DNA from: the human T2T-CHM13v2.0 reference genome, Homo sapiens
Strand: one strand, 5' to 3'
DNA length: 64,000 bases
Assembly (NCBI RefSeq): GCF_009914755.1
Contig: NC_060928.1
In this document: positions 44,931-59,410 of the stretch, one piece after another
Numbering within the stretch: the stretch's first letter is position 1
How the letters are laid out: each line of letters starts with the position of its first letter
Position numbers and translations under genes: made by a program
The notes under the pieces: model-generated
Databases searched by the model: none
What the model saw: the letters and a program-made list of their open reading frames with translations, nothing else
What the model was told of the DNA's origin: nothing

Positions 44931-45610
44931 TAGATTGCTTCCAAATTTTGGCTGTCGTTCGTGAACCATGCTACAACAAACATGGGAGTGCAGATATCTC
45001 TTTGATATACTCATTTCCTTTTTTTTTTTTTTTTGGAAGGAGGGCATATACCTAGCAGTGGGATTGCTGGATTATATGGTACCTCTATTTTTAGTTTTTT
45101 GAGGAACCTTCAAACTGATCTCCATAGTGGTTGTACTAATTTACATTCCCACAGTGTACAAGGGTTCCCTTTTCTCCACATCCTTGCCAGCATTTGTTAT
45201 TGCCTGTCTTTTGGATATAAGCCATTTTAACTGGGATGAGATGATATCTCATTGTAGTTTTGATTTGCATTTCTCTGATGACCAATGACATTGAGCACCT
45301 TTTCATATGCCTGCTTGACACTTGTATGTCTTCTTTGAGAAATGTCTATTCAGATCTTTTGTTCATTTTTAAATCAGATTATTAGATTTTTCCTGTAGAG
45401 TGGTGTGAACTCCTTATATATTCTAGTTATTAATCCCTTATCAGATGGGCAGTTTGCAGATATTTTCTTCCATTCTGTGGGTCGTCTTTTCTCTTTTTTG
45501 ATTGTTTCCTTTGCTGTGCAGAAGGTTTTCAACTTGATGTGATCCCATTTGTCCATTTTTTGCTTTGGTTGCCTGTGCTTGTGGGGTATTATCGCTCAAG
45601 AATTTTTTTT

Positions 45611-45984
<374 letters not shown>

Positions 45985-48900
45985 TCATAGCTTAGAGTCT
46001 CAAATTTAAGTCTTTAATCTATTCTGATTTGATTTTTGTATATGATGAGAGATGGGGTATAGTTTCATTCTTCTGCATATGGATATCCATCCTAGCATCA
46101 TTTATTGAAGAGACTGTCTTTTCCCCACTGTTTGTTCTTGGTACCTTTGTCAAAAATGAGTTTACTTTAGGTGTGTGGATTTGTTTCTGGATTCTCTATT
46201 CTGTTCCATTGTTCTATGTGTCTGTTTCTATGCCAGTACTATGCTGTTTTGGTTACAATAGCTCTGTAGTATAATTTCAAGTCAAGTAATGTGATTTCTC
46301 CAGTTTTGTTCTTATTGCTTAGGGTAGCTTTGACTATTCCAGGTCTTTTGGGATTCCATATAAATTTTAGTATTGTTTTTTCTATTTTTGTGAAGAATAT
46401 CATTGGTCTTCTGATAGGGATTGCATTGAATCTACAGATTGCTTTGGATAGTATGGACATTTTAACAATATTGATCCTTCCAATCTATGAACATGGAATA
46501 TCTTTCCATATTTGGTGACTTCTTCAATTTCTTTTATTAGTGTTTTACAGATTTCATCATAGAGAACTTTCACTTCTTCAGTTGAGTTAATTCCTAGGTA
46601 TTTAATTTTATTTGTGGCTACTGTAAATGGAATTATGTTTTTAATTTCTTTTTCAGATTGTTTGCTGTTGGCATATAGAAATGCTACTAATGTTTTTGTG
46701 TTGATTTTTGTATCTTGCAACTTAACTGAATTTGTTTATCAGTTCTAATGGTTTTTTTTGGTGGAGTCTTTAGGTTTTTCCAACTATAAGATTATATCAT
46801 CTGCAAACAAGGATAATTCGACTTCTTCCTTTCTAATTTGAATGCCCTTTATTTCCTTCTCTTATCTCATTGCTCCAGCCAGGACTTCCAGTAATATTTC
46901 AAATAACAGTGGTGAAAATGGGCATCCTTGTCACGTTCCTGATCTTAGAAAAGAGACTTTCAGTTTTTCCCCATTCAGTATGATACTAGCTATGGGTCTG
47001 TCATATATGGATTTTATTATGTTGAGGTATGTTCTTTCTATACCCAGATTTTAGATGATTTTTATTATGAAGGGATGTTGAATTTTATCAAATGCTTTTT
47101 CAGCATCAATTGAAATGATCATATGGCTTTTATCCTTCATTCTGTTGATATAATGGATCACATTAATTGATTGCATATGTTAACCCATCATTGCATCCTA
47201 GAAATAAATCCCATTTGATTATGATGAATGATCTTTTTAATATATTGTTTAATTTGGTTTGCTAGTATTTTTGCAGGATATTTGCATCAATATTCATCAG
47301 AGATATTGGCCTGTAGTTTCCTTTTTTTGGCTAGTCTTTGTCTGGTTTTGGTATGAAGGTAATTCTGCCCTTGTAGAATGAATTTGGAAGTATTTCCTTC
47401 TCCTCTGTTGTTTGTAATATTTTGAGTAGTATTGGTATTAGTTTTTCTTTAAGTGTTTGGTAGAATTCAGTAGTGAAGCCATCGGGTCCCAGGCTTTTAT
47501 TTACTGGGAGATATTTTATTATAGCTTCAATCTCATTACTTGTTATTTGCCTATTAAGGTTTTAGATTTCTTCATGGTTCAATCTTGGTAGGTGGTATGT
47601 GTCTAGGAATTTGTTCATTTCTTCTAGGTTTTCCAACTTATTGACATATGCTTGCTTATAGTAGCTGCTAATGATCCTTTGAATTTCTGTGATATCAGCT
47701 GTAATGTCTCCTTTTTCATCTTTGACTTTATTTATTTGAATTGTCTGTCTTATTTTCTTAGTCCAGCTAATGGTTTATCAATTTTGTTTATCTTTTCAAA
47801 AAACTAACTTTTTGTTTCATTGATTTTTTTGTATTTAAATTTCATTTTTTTCTGCTCTGATCTTTATTATTTATTTCCATCTACTAATTTTGGGTTTGGT
47901 TTGCTCTTGCTTTCCTAGTTCTTTAAGATGCATCATTGGTTGTTTATGTGAAGTTGTTTTTTTTTGATGTAGACACTTATAGCTATAAACTTCTCTCTTA
48001 GTACTGCTTTTGCTATATTTTATAGGTTTTAGTGTGTTGTGTTTCCATTATCATTTGTTTCAAGAATTTTTTTTAATTTCCTTTTTAATTTTTAATTTCT
48101 TTAATGACTCACTGGTCATTCAGGAGTGCATTATTTACTTTACATGTATTTGTATAGTATGTATTTGTATAGTTTCCCAAATTCCTCTTGTTATTGCTTT
48201 TTAGTTCTATTCTATGGTGGTCAGACAAAACGCTGGATACTATTTCAATTTAAAAAAATGTTTTAAATGTTTTATTTTAAGCTGATAACAATTTAACACT
48301 GTTTTCATAAACAAACAAACTAGCCAATACAAAACTAACAAAGACTTTATGCCTTAATTTAGTTCCCCTGCTTTTTAACTTTTTATTGTTTCTATTTATA
48401 TCGTATTGTACTGTCTTTGTCTTGAATAGTTATTGCAGTTATTGTTTTTGATTGGTTCATCATTTAGTCTTTCTACTTAAGATAAGAGTAGTTTACACAC
48501 CACATTTACTGTGTTATAATATTCTGTGTTTTTCTATGTATTTCCTATTATCAGTGAGTTTTGTACCTTCTTGTCTCTAATTTTATTAACATCCTTTTCT
48601 TTCTGATTGAAGTACTCCCTGTAGCAATTCTTGTAGGACAGGTCTTGTGTTGATGAAATCTCTCAGCTTTTGATTGTCTGAGAAAGTCTTCATTTCTCCT
48701 TCATGTTTGAAATACATATTCGCTGGATATACTCTTCTGGGGTAAATATTTTTTCCTTCAGCACTTTAAATATGTCATGCTACTCTTTCCTGACTGGTAA
48801 GGTTTCCAATGAAAAGTCTGCTGCCAGATGTATTGGAGCTCCAATGTATGTCATTTGTTTCTTTTCTCTTGTTGCTTTTAGGATCCTTTCTTTATCTTTG

Positions 48901-51534
48901 ACCTTTGGGAATTTGATTAGCAAATGCCTTGAGGTAGTCTTCTTTGGGTTAAATTGGCTTGGTGTTCTGTCACCTTCTTGTCCTTGGATATGGATATCTT
49001 TCTCTAGGTTTGTAAAGTTCTCCATTACTATCCCTTGAATGAAACTCTTCTACCTCTATCTCTTTCTCTGTTTCCTCTTTAAGGCCAAAAACTCTTAATT
49101 TGCTCTTTTTAGGCCATTTTCTAAATCTTGTAGGTGTGCTTCTTTTTTTTTTTTAATTCTTTCTTCTTTTGTTTCATCTGATTGAATTTTCAAATACCCT
49201 ATCTTCAGGCTCACTAATTTTTTCTCCTGTTTAGTTACTTCTGCTATTAAAAAACTCTGATGCATTCTTCAGTATGCCAGTTGCATTTTTCAACTCCAAT
49301 TTCTAATTATTTCAATCTCTTTGTTAAATTTACCTGATTGCATTCTGTATTCCTTCTCTGTCTTGTCTTGAATTTCTCTGAGTTTCTTCAACGTGGCTAT
49401 TTTGAATTATCTGTTTTAAAGTTCACATATCCTTCTTTGTCCAGGATTGGTCCCTGGTGCCTTATTTTGTTCATTTGATGAGGTCACATTTTTCCTGGAT
49501 GTTGTTAATGCTTGTAGATGTTCTTCAGTGTCTGAGCTTTGAAGAGTTAGGTATTTATTATAGTTTTCTCAATCTGGGCTTATTTGTACCCATCCTTCTT
49601 GGGAAGGCTTTCCAGATATTTAACAGGACTTGAGTGTTGTGATCCAAGCTCTATCTGCTTTAAGGGGGCACCCAAGGCCCAGTAACACTTTGGTTCTTGC
49701 AGATTCATAGAGTACTGCCTTGATGGTCTTGGAAAAGAGCCGAAAGGATTCTCTGGATTACCAGGCAGAGACTCTTGTTCTCTTTCCTTACTTTCTCCAA
49801 AGTGAATGAAGTCTCTCTCTGTGTTCTAAGACACCTGAAACTGGGGATGGTGTAACACAAGCATCTCTATGACCAACACTACTAGAACTGTGCTGGGTCA
49901 GACCCAAAGCCAGTACAGCTCTGAGTCTCACCCAAGGCCTGCTATAACCACTCCCTGGCTATGACCTATGTTCATTCAAGGCCCTGGGACTCTACTATCA
50001 GCAAGTGGCAAAGCCAGCCAGTCCTGTATCCTTCCCTTCAGGGTGAGTTCCCCCACCCCTGGGCATGTCCAGGGTGCCTTCTGGGAGCCAGGGACTAGAG
50101 TCAAAAATTTTAGAAGTCTACCTGACTTTCTATTGTACTGTGCCTGAGCTGGCACTCAAACCAAGAGATGCAGTCCTTCCCTTTTCCAAAGGCAGAGGAG
50201 ACTCACCCCATGGCCATCACTATCACAGGCCCATGGGAGTACTGCCAGACTACTATTGATGTTCCCCTAAGGCCCAAGGGCTCTTTCGTCAGCATGTGGT
50301 GAATTCTGCCTGGCCTGAGATTCACCCTTTAGGGTGAATAGGCTCCCTTCTGGCCCAGGGAAGGTCCAGAAATGCCATCCAAGGGTCAAGTCCTAGTTGG
50401 AGACCCCAAGGGCCCACTTGGTTCTCTATGCCCCTGTGGCCAAGCTAGTACCGAAAGTGCAGGACAAAGTCCCCTTTGCTTTTCCCTCTGCTGTTCTTAA
50501 AGGAAAGGAGTCTTGTAGCCACCACAGCTGGGAATATGCTGAGTCTCATCTGAGCCCAGCCCATCTTAGAGTCTTACACAAACCCTTCGACACATTACCT
50601 AGGTATTGCTGCTGGTTCTTCAGGGCCCAAGGGCTCTTTCGTTACGGGGTGATGAATCCTGCCAGAACTGGGTCCTTCCCTTCAAGGAAACAGGGTCCCT
50701 TCTGGCCCAGGGTGTGTTTAGAAATATCATCCAGGAGCTAGGACCTGGAAAGGGGGCCTCGTGACTCTGACCCGTGCCCTATCCTGCTGTGGCTGAGCTT
50801 GTATCCAAGATGCAAGACAAAGTCCTCCCCACTATTCTGTCCTCTCTCCTCAAATGGAGGGAATGATTCTCTTTTGGGGCCATGAGTTGTGCAGCCTGGG
50901 CTTAGGGGAGAGGTGATGCAAGCACTCTCTCAGCTGGTCTCAGTAGGTTACATGTCCTCTCCAATCCACTCTCTCTGGGCCCAGTTCAGCACTGGGACAC
51001 ACCTAAGTGTTTCAATCCTTGTTGCCTAGCCTGCCTGTCAAGTTTATTTGGAACCGCAGTGCACTTTAGCCCGTGGTGGTGAGGCTCGCAGGAACACAAG
51101 GCTGGACCACTGGGGTAGATTATTCTCCTCTGGTTGTGGCTGGTTTACATACTCGCTCCATGGGTGGGTGTCAGCTGAGTTTAGTCTGTGTTTGTTTTCT
51201 GTTATAATAGGGCAGCACTGAGTTTAGTGCCTCAAAAATACTGTCATCTCTCTCTGCCTAGCACGCCAAAATATTCTTTGCACCACATCACTGCTTCCAG
51301 GGTACGGGGGAGGCATGGTGCCAGTGATTCAGGACTGTTTCTCCTACCTTTTCAGTGCCTCTTTCAGTGATATAAAGTTAAAACCGGATACTGTGAGTTC
51401 TCACCTTATTTTTGGTTCTTATGAAGGTGATCATTTTGTGTAGATAGTTGTTAAATTGGTGTCCTTTGGGAAGGGGGACAATCAGTGGAGGCTTCTATTC
51501 TGTTATCCTGTTCCACTCCTCCCCAAATGAATGT

Positions 51535-51632
51535 TAATAATACACTAAATGCTCAGACTTCACCACTGTACATATATCCATGTAACAAAACTGCACTTTG
51601 TACCCCTTAAATTTATACAAATAAAAAATATA
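51535..51632 (+). mobile_element. Short L1 3' end (L1PB4/L1MA1-like)
   Basis: 'tacactaaatgctcagacttcaccactgtacatatatccatgtaacaaaactgcact...aaataaaaaata'. Confidence 0.8.
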
Positions 51633-52206
51633 ATAGTGAATGATTATTTGAGAACATTTATTGGCATTGCCGGTCATGATTGATTAGATTGTGGAATCAA
51701 TTTATTCGACGGGGTAAATGTTTTTTTAAAAGTAGAATAGAATTGAGCAGCATAGAGTACAATAAAGTAGAAAATATTAGATTTCCTTGCATTTTGTAAT
51801 GGTAAGTATTGTTTTATGAAACTTCTGTTTCAATTTTTGTATGTATTTGGTTGTATATGTAGGGAGCTGTGATGTAAAATGTATTTCCTACTGTGGATTT
51901 TGGTCAAGGTAGAGGGTGTTTTTCATAAAGCCCTGTCTTCATGGAAAACTTTAATGGTGCTCTATGACTATACTCTAGTTCAGGCAGAAGCATAAGACAA
52001 ATTCTTTGAGGACATTACGTGCGGGGAGATCAGTCTGTATTTGAAACAGCCACAGACTGAAGCACCAGTCATGTATTCTGTTATTTCTTTTAGGAACATG
52101 ATAGTGAATGTTCAGCTTGATCAGAAAACTATAGTTTCTGAATATTTGATGTCATGACTTTGAGTCATCTCTCACATTTCTAAAAATGATCAAGTGAATC
52201 CAGAAT

Positions 52207-52412
52207 AGTGGTTCTCAAAAGGGGACAATTTTATACCTTAGGGGACCTTTGCCAATGTCTGGAGATATTTTTTATTATAATAATTTGAGAAAAGGGGTAT
52301 GCTACAGGCATCTAGTGGGATGCTGCTAAGTATTCTGCAATGAACAGGAGAGCCCCTTACAATAAAGCATTATCCAGATCAAAATATTAATAGTGCCAAG
52401 TTTGTGAACTCA
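52207..52412. mobile_element. MER20
   Basis: 'agtggttctcaa...gccaatgtctggagatatttt...ggcatctagtgg..gatgctgctaa...aatagtgccaag'. Confidence 0.8.
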
Positions 52413-52509
52413 GCTTCAGAGTGATCCAAACTAGTTATTTAAAAGAAATGTGATTTTAATGACAGTTGAAAGATTCATGATACTGGCCTAAAACAAACTC
52501 AGTGATATT

Positions 52510-54466
52510 GTTTGTAGAATGCTCTGATCACCAACTTTATTAGATTAAAAATGACATATCAATATCTGCTTACATGTGACCCAAAATGAAATGCTGCACC
52601 AAATAGTTTAAAAATACAAAGTTCATAATTCTAAGATCATTTCCTGAATCTGAACATCCAAAGTCAGCATTAAGTTTTACCACCATAATATAGAATAATT
52701 TATATGCCTATGTATATTTATATATGAAGAAGAAACTTTGTCTTGAAGTGAATTCAGAGAATTGGCAGCCAGCTGCCTAAATGAATCTCGTCATTTAAAA
52801 TTCTTATCTTAAGAGTTTTCTATCTTAATACAGGTTCAATAGCTCTCACTTAAAATTTTACAGATCTGATGATTCAATAAAAATAGTTAAGAATTCAATA
52901 AAAATAGTTAAGAATATACTCATATTCTTAAACATAACATAAGTATATTGGCCTATGTGACATGCAATCTCTTCTCAGCTTTAAAATTCTATGAGTCTAA
53001 ATTATGAATCAAGTGTTTTATGAGTGAACTGCATATCTCTTTTAGATATTTTAGGATTATTTTCATGCCTTCTCAATAGCATGTGAGGGAAATTATTATA
53101 AAGCAAGTTCATCGTTCCAATGATTTGTCTTATATTTGGGCTAAATGAGTAAATGACTCCCCAGCCTGCAGACCATAATATTTCACAGGCATTGCCAAGC
53201 AGAATAATTGCTTCCATAAAGCCTTAATTTAATTGTATTACGAAATACATGAGCCTTACTCTCCTAATGACTTCAGGAGACACGTTGCTGATGGAGTATG
53301 TTTTCTCTTGTGGACCACATATAACAAAGTGGTCCAAAAGAGAAAACATACTATATGTTATATGTTATAGCCCCATGTGTTATATGCAGTAGGTGCTCAA
53401 ATTTTATATTTATTTTCAAATTTTTCTAAAACTAGGGTTTTATGATTGCAATAGTTGGGACATTGCCATAAGCCTTATAAGCTATTTGGCTGTAGCAATG
53501 CGAGGGCATAAAATTTTTCTTGCTACGGAGGAACATAATGTTCTTTGATTTTTCAAGGTATTAGTAAATGCTTATTTTTTTCAGGCATTTAACCCTACAA
53601 TAATAATGCACAAAATTTCCCCCTTGTGGTCAAAATATGTAAGTGCATCTGTGAAATGTCAAATTTCTTATGCCGGTGTTTTGGGACTAATGAAATTACC
53701 ATCACCTTCTCCCAAATTTTTAACAAATATATAGTTTTGATTAACTAATCACTCTATCTATCTATATATAATTCATTAATCGGGATTTTTCTGATTATAT
53801 CTGTAGGATAAGAATATCTATGTGACTGTATGTGTGTGTGTGTGTAGAAAAGTCACCAAAAATTAGAGGTTTTATAACTAAAAAAAGTTAGAAGATCTCT
53901 GGCTTGTTTTACTATCAGACTTTGTTTCCTACATATGACTTTCTTTTATTGGTGTCTCTCAAATGGGTGTAGAAGTAGAAAATTCATTTCTTATGGTGGA
54001 AAGGTACTTTGGAAAATCTGATTGAATAAGGAAAAAGAAAAAAAAGTATTTGTGAGCTCGAGAGAAATGTAGGGAATTATACAAGGGTTTCTTGAACACT
54101 TTGTGAGTTCAAAAAGTTTCTCAGTTAAAAGGAGACCCTTGACAACGACATTCTAAAAATCCCATGGACTATCTTCAAAAATATGTATTGAGTCTCACTG
54201 GTACTTCAACATTCGTGATTTAAAGAGCTAAGTATCTCTACCGTATTTTTCAAGCCAGATCCATTACTTTACAAATAAAAGTCCCTTATAAATTGGCTAA
54301 GGATTATTGGTTGATTAAAGTGATTCTAAATAACTTACGTTGTGTGTTTCATGTTACTAGATCCAGTAATTTAATATCACTTTGTTGTACTACACCCACT
54401 AAATAGTTGAATTCTCATGCATATATGACCTGCATACAGCTTTCTTTGTTTAACTTTTATCGTGAA
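52510..54466 (-). other. TMPRSS11A: TMPRSS11A 3'UTR (extent inferred)
   Basis: Follows the TAA stop; AATAAA on the minus strand at 53950-53945, 53414-53409 and 52541-52536. Confidence 0.6.
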
Positions 54467-54628
<162 letters not shown>

Positions 54629-55406
54629 CTAAAAATAAAAACATAAGAAAAAAGAAAGAAAATTAGCTAAACATAAAGCTCATTATTTAAGATATTTTGA
54701 TGAATCACATATTTTGTTACTAGACAGTACATGTATAGACTATCAACACAGAATAATTAATTGAGACATGGATTTTAATATTACAAAGAGCCTTAAGGTT
54801 CAACTTTCACATTTAAAAAATAAAATTTATTTTGTTAGAGTAAACAGCACTTAGTTAAAAAAGGCAAAAACGAAAAAACATGAAGAGGCTTGAAAAGCAG
54901 TTATGTCCCATGTTACCTCACGCAAGCTGTTCTCCAAGAGGTAGCCACTTCATGCTTGTTTAATGATTTCTTATAGTATCTAACTCCTTATCACTAGATA
55001 ATATGCTCAAATTACAGCTTCTAGGTTTAGACAGTAAATATTTATTTTCTCTTACGTAGTTAGGGATTTAGTTGTTTTACAACTTCTTTGCAACTTTTCC
55101 ACACCACATCTTTACATTATAGCATCTCTATTTTTGGTTAAATTAACAGCCTACATTTAGTACCAGTGTGTAAATTTTATTAATTGAAGAGTCAAGTAAC
55201 ATATTTGGATTACAGAAATCTTTTTTTGCTTTCCTAGAATTAATAACACAACTCTTTTTTTCATGTGGATAGTTTTCTATGTACCTGGTAAATGCTGAAT
55301 GCTCCAAAAGATCTACCAACACCTCACAATAATGTTTACTAATGTTCAAGGACATCAGATAGCTTGTTAGTTCTTTTACTTCCTCTGAAGCTGTTCCACC
55401 ATATCA

Positions 55407-55458
55407 ACACACACACACACACACACACACATACACACATACACATACACATACACAC
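55407..55458 (+). repeat. (CA)n/(CACATA)n microsatellite
   Basis: Direct reading. Confidence 0.95.
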
Positions 55459-56298
55459 AATCTTTTCTTACTTCTGCTCAAATTCGAGCTGGTTACTTTA
55501 AGCCTGGTGCAGAGCTATGGTGTTGGGATTATCTGATACCACTCTTTAGTGTTGGACTAACAGTTTCAGGTCTTACGTCTTCCACTTTCTTGATTTATTC
55601 CCTCATTTTGCTGAGGTACCCTCTCAAGTAGTTTCCTAAGAAGTAGGGTATCAGAAGTACATTTTTTTCAGTCATTGCTTGTCTAAACTTCTTAATTCCA
55701 CCCTCACAGTTGATATTTAGTTAGCATGGGTAGGAATCTAGGTTGAAATAATCTTCCCTTTGAAATTTGAATGTGTTTTCCACCATCGTCTACCTTCTAG
55801 AGTTACTGTTGAGGAGTTCTATGTAGTTCTGATGGTTCTTCCTTCAAAGTTTTAAGATTGTTCTCCTTATCCCTGGCTTCTGACCCTTTATGATGGTATG
55901 TCTTGGAAAGAAGTACTTCATTTATTGTGCCCAGCACTACTTGGACCTTTTCTTCAATAGGATGCATGTAAGCTTCAGAACTAGGAGCATTCTTTATTTT
56001 TTTTTATATTGTACACTCGCGTTTTATGTTTTCAGAGCTCCTATTCATTTGGTGTTGGATCTCCTGAGCTTATCCTCTAGTTTTCTTAATTTTTCTGATT
56101 ATTTTTCTCCTCTGTGTCTTTTTTGTTGTTGTTGTTCTTTCTGAGAGATTTCCTTGATTTTATCTTCCAATCCTTCCACTGGATTTTAAAAATTATGATT
56201 ATATTATTGCTACATTTCCAGAGGTGATTCTTACTGTTTGGTTCTAGGGTATGGAGCTAGAAACCAGATTGGAAGCTCTGTGCTTTTGTGCTGGGTGG

Positions 56299-56410
56299 TG
56301 CTATGGTTTGAATGTGAGCCCAAGAGTTCATAGGTTGGGGAAACTTAATCTCCAATACAATAGTGTTGAGAGATGGGACTTAAGAAGAGGTGATTAGGTC
56401 ATGAGGGCTC
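56299..56410. mobile_element. MST-type MaLR LTR fragment
   Basis: 'tgctatggtttgaatgtg...aaacttaatctccaat...gtgattaggtcatgagggctctg'. Confidence 0.75.
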
Positions 56411-57712
56411 TGGAGAGAAAGACTTATGGAGAAAGACGAGGTGTTGGTGGTGCTTGCACTTCTGTTGTATCAGACTAGGCCCCTCACCATGTGCCCCAAT
56501 TACAATCACTGTATTCCTGTCTTGGATCCTTGTACCTGAACCGCTGCCCTGATAACTTACTGTATTTTTCTATGACTAAAGCCTTGTTTTATCACTTACT
56601 TTGCACAGTTAGGCAGCAAGTTTACCTCTGCTCCCCAATCCAGTGAAGCATCTCTATGACCACCAATCCCTCCTAAGGCTTTTCAGTAATGTCATGGTTC
56701 ACCTGAATTCCCCGGTCCTGTCTGCTCCAAGACTCCTGCACCTTCCACCTGTTCCCCGTGGTATGGACCTTTTGTTGGAATCCCTAAATTCTGCCTGCCT
56801 CCCTCCACATTATTAGCAACCGAGGCTGGCTGTGGACCAGATCCTGCTTTTGCCCAGCCTCTATGTCACATAGGTCCCTGCTCCTTTTCTGATAGAGGTC
56901 GCACATGTGGTACAGTTTGTGGGACTCTGGACAGGACTTTCTGCCACCTGATATCAATACCATTCCATCATTTCCACATAGAGTGGCCTCCTTAGAGTTC
57001 TAAAGTATCTCATGTTAAAAAGCAAGTGTCTCCAGGAAGAAACGTACCTTCGCTGGAAAACATCCATGTTAGAAGGCAGATGAGGGCACTGGGGAGGGCC
57101 CATGGAATCACAACATGGCCTAATCCACCTTCTCATGGTTATCTACTTGTTTCTCTTCTCATCCTCCTCATGCTGAGACCCAACCAATTACTTGGAGTTC
57201 CCTCAGATATGAATTGTAATTTCACACCTTCATAATTTTGGCTATGCTTTTTGTCTTTTCTATAACATTATTTTCTTATTCTGAAATTGGATGTTATTTA
57301 TTCTTCAGGCCTTATTTACGTCTCATCTCTCTGATACTTGTTCCAAAAATGTTTCCTTCAAGAAAAATATTTGCTTTTCATTATATTATTCATAACATCA
57401 CTTTATACTTCTCTGTTTATGATTATTTTCTTTCTTGAATGTGAGCCGCTTGAGAAAATAAACTGCTTTATTAATCTTTGGATTTCTGGTTAAGAAATTC
57501 TAATTTTGTTTGTTTGATAGCATCAGAGAAACTCTTACTTCATTTATCTTAATAAAACATTTAAAAGTATTTTGTGCTGTGAAATTTGCATTTGTAACTT
57601 TTTTGAGCTGACATGATATCTATGTTTTGTCCTTATGTAAAGAACATATAATATATTCTGAGCCAGATACAAATTTTTGAGTTAGTAATATAAAAAAATC
57701 CCTCCAACTTAC

Positions 57713-57855
57713 CCTGCAGGCATCATAAATTCCTTCCATATATCCGGCACAGAACATTCCAGGTTTTATATCATTGCCATACACCTGTGGTTGCTTGCAG
57801 ACATCATCACTTATGATTTTCACTCTGGCTTCTCGGAGATCATTTTGGGATTCCC
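57713..57855 (-). CDS. TMPRSS11A: TMPRSS11A penultimate coding exon (S1 Asp)
   Basis: cttaAG|GG GAA TCC...TGC AGG|GTaagt, 143 nt; (G)ESQNDLREARVKIISDDVCKQPQVYGNDIKPGMFCAGYMEGIYDACR. Confidence 0.97.
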
Positions 57856-58525
57856 CTTAAGGAAAAATAGAGTTATTCTAGTATTTACAATCAGCATCTT
57901 TGGCTAGAGTGAAGTGAGCAGACTTTCCTAATATTTTTTTCATGGTAAAATTGTCAATACAGAATGAAGTTAATATAAGCAGTTTCTAGAAAAAAGAATT
58001 TCTGGTTAAATCTGGCACATCTAACGATAATTATTGTCCAATCACATTTTTATAAAAACTTCTCAAAGCAAGAAAGCCATTTGGATTCTTTTTCCTGGAA
58101 AATCTAACCTTAAAAATAATCAGCTTATATATTTCAGGAAGGCCTTTTATCTTTTGTAAAGCTTTTATTTGTGGGTTCCAGATTGTTCCCAGAAACTCTG
58201 CATGCCTAGATGGTTTTCTCCATTGGCTTGATAAAATGCCTATAATACTATGTACATTTATTTTATTATTTAAAGTTTATGATGAGCTTTCACATATATA
58301 AGATATATGTGAAATATACATATATTATACATCATATATATATAAATGCATTAAACGGCAATGATTTCACTTCCAATGTATTACAAGTTGGTGGCTGCAG
58401 ACTGTAAGCTAGGTTCTGAGTTTTAGAAACCATTATTATGGCAGGCTACGTAGAAAACTAAGAATAGCACAAGCATTCAGGGATTCTTTATACCAAACCA
58501 TATATTGATTGGGAAACCATGACCC

Positions 58526-59064
58526 CGTGGTTGGCAGAATTCTAGGATAGTCCCCAAGATTCCTGTGTGATTCCCCTCCTCCCAAATATGGGCAGGATCT
58601 GTGAATATGAGGGATGCCATTCTCATGATTAGGTTATGTTATATGGCCAAGATGAGGGAATTTTACAGATGCGATTAAGACCTCTAATGAGTTTGACTTT
58701 GAATTCATCAAAAGGAGATTATCAAAGGTGGGCCTGACCTAATCAGCTGAGCCATTTCAAAAAGGGCGAGCCTTGCTGGAGTTGAGACACTTTCCTAAAG
58801 AGTTAAAGCAGCAAGCTGGCATGCATTCTACAGCTGCGAGTAAAGGAATTCTGCCAGCAAACCTTGAGGAGACCTTCAAAGGAGCCACAGATGTGGCCAC
58901 AACCCCAGCTGACACCTTGATTACAGTTTGGTGAGACCCTGAGAAGAGGACTCAACTAAGCTGTGTCTGAACGTCTGACTCATGAAAACAGTGAGATAAA
59001 AATAAATGAGTGCTGTTTTAACTGTTTGTGATTATTTGTTACACATTTATAAAAAACTAATACA
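58526..59064. mobile_element. MLT1-type MaLR LTR
   Basis: 'gtggttggcagaattctaggat...gggcctgacctaatcag...cagctgacaccttgattacag...aaactaataca'. Confidence 0.8.
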
Positions 59065-59410
59065 AGAATACGATATATCATCAGCTATAGTCACCATGAT
59101 GGATGAGAGATCTCTTGAACTTTTTCTTCCTAACTGCAAATATGAATTTGTTGACCAGCATCTCCCTAACTCCTTCCCCTGTAAAGACCCCCAGCTTCTG
59201 GTTGCCTACTGTTGATATATCGTATTCTTGAGAAACGCTACAAGAGTAGATATTAAGTGTTCTTGCCACAAAAATGATAATTATGTAAAATAAGACGCTT
59301 CTTAGTTAACTAGATTTAACACTCACAGTGTACATATACTATACTTCAACACATTATGTTGCACATGGTAAGTACATGCAATTTTATACATCAATTAAAA
59401 AAAAAACTAA
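59063..59410 (+). mobile_element. Short L1MA 3' end with inverted 5' part
   Basis: Antisense L1MA 3'UTR 59063-~59212, sense 3'UTR 59213-poly(A) ~59406. Confidence 0.75.
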
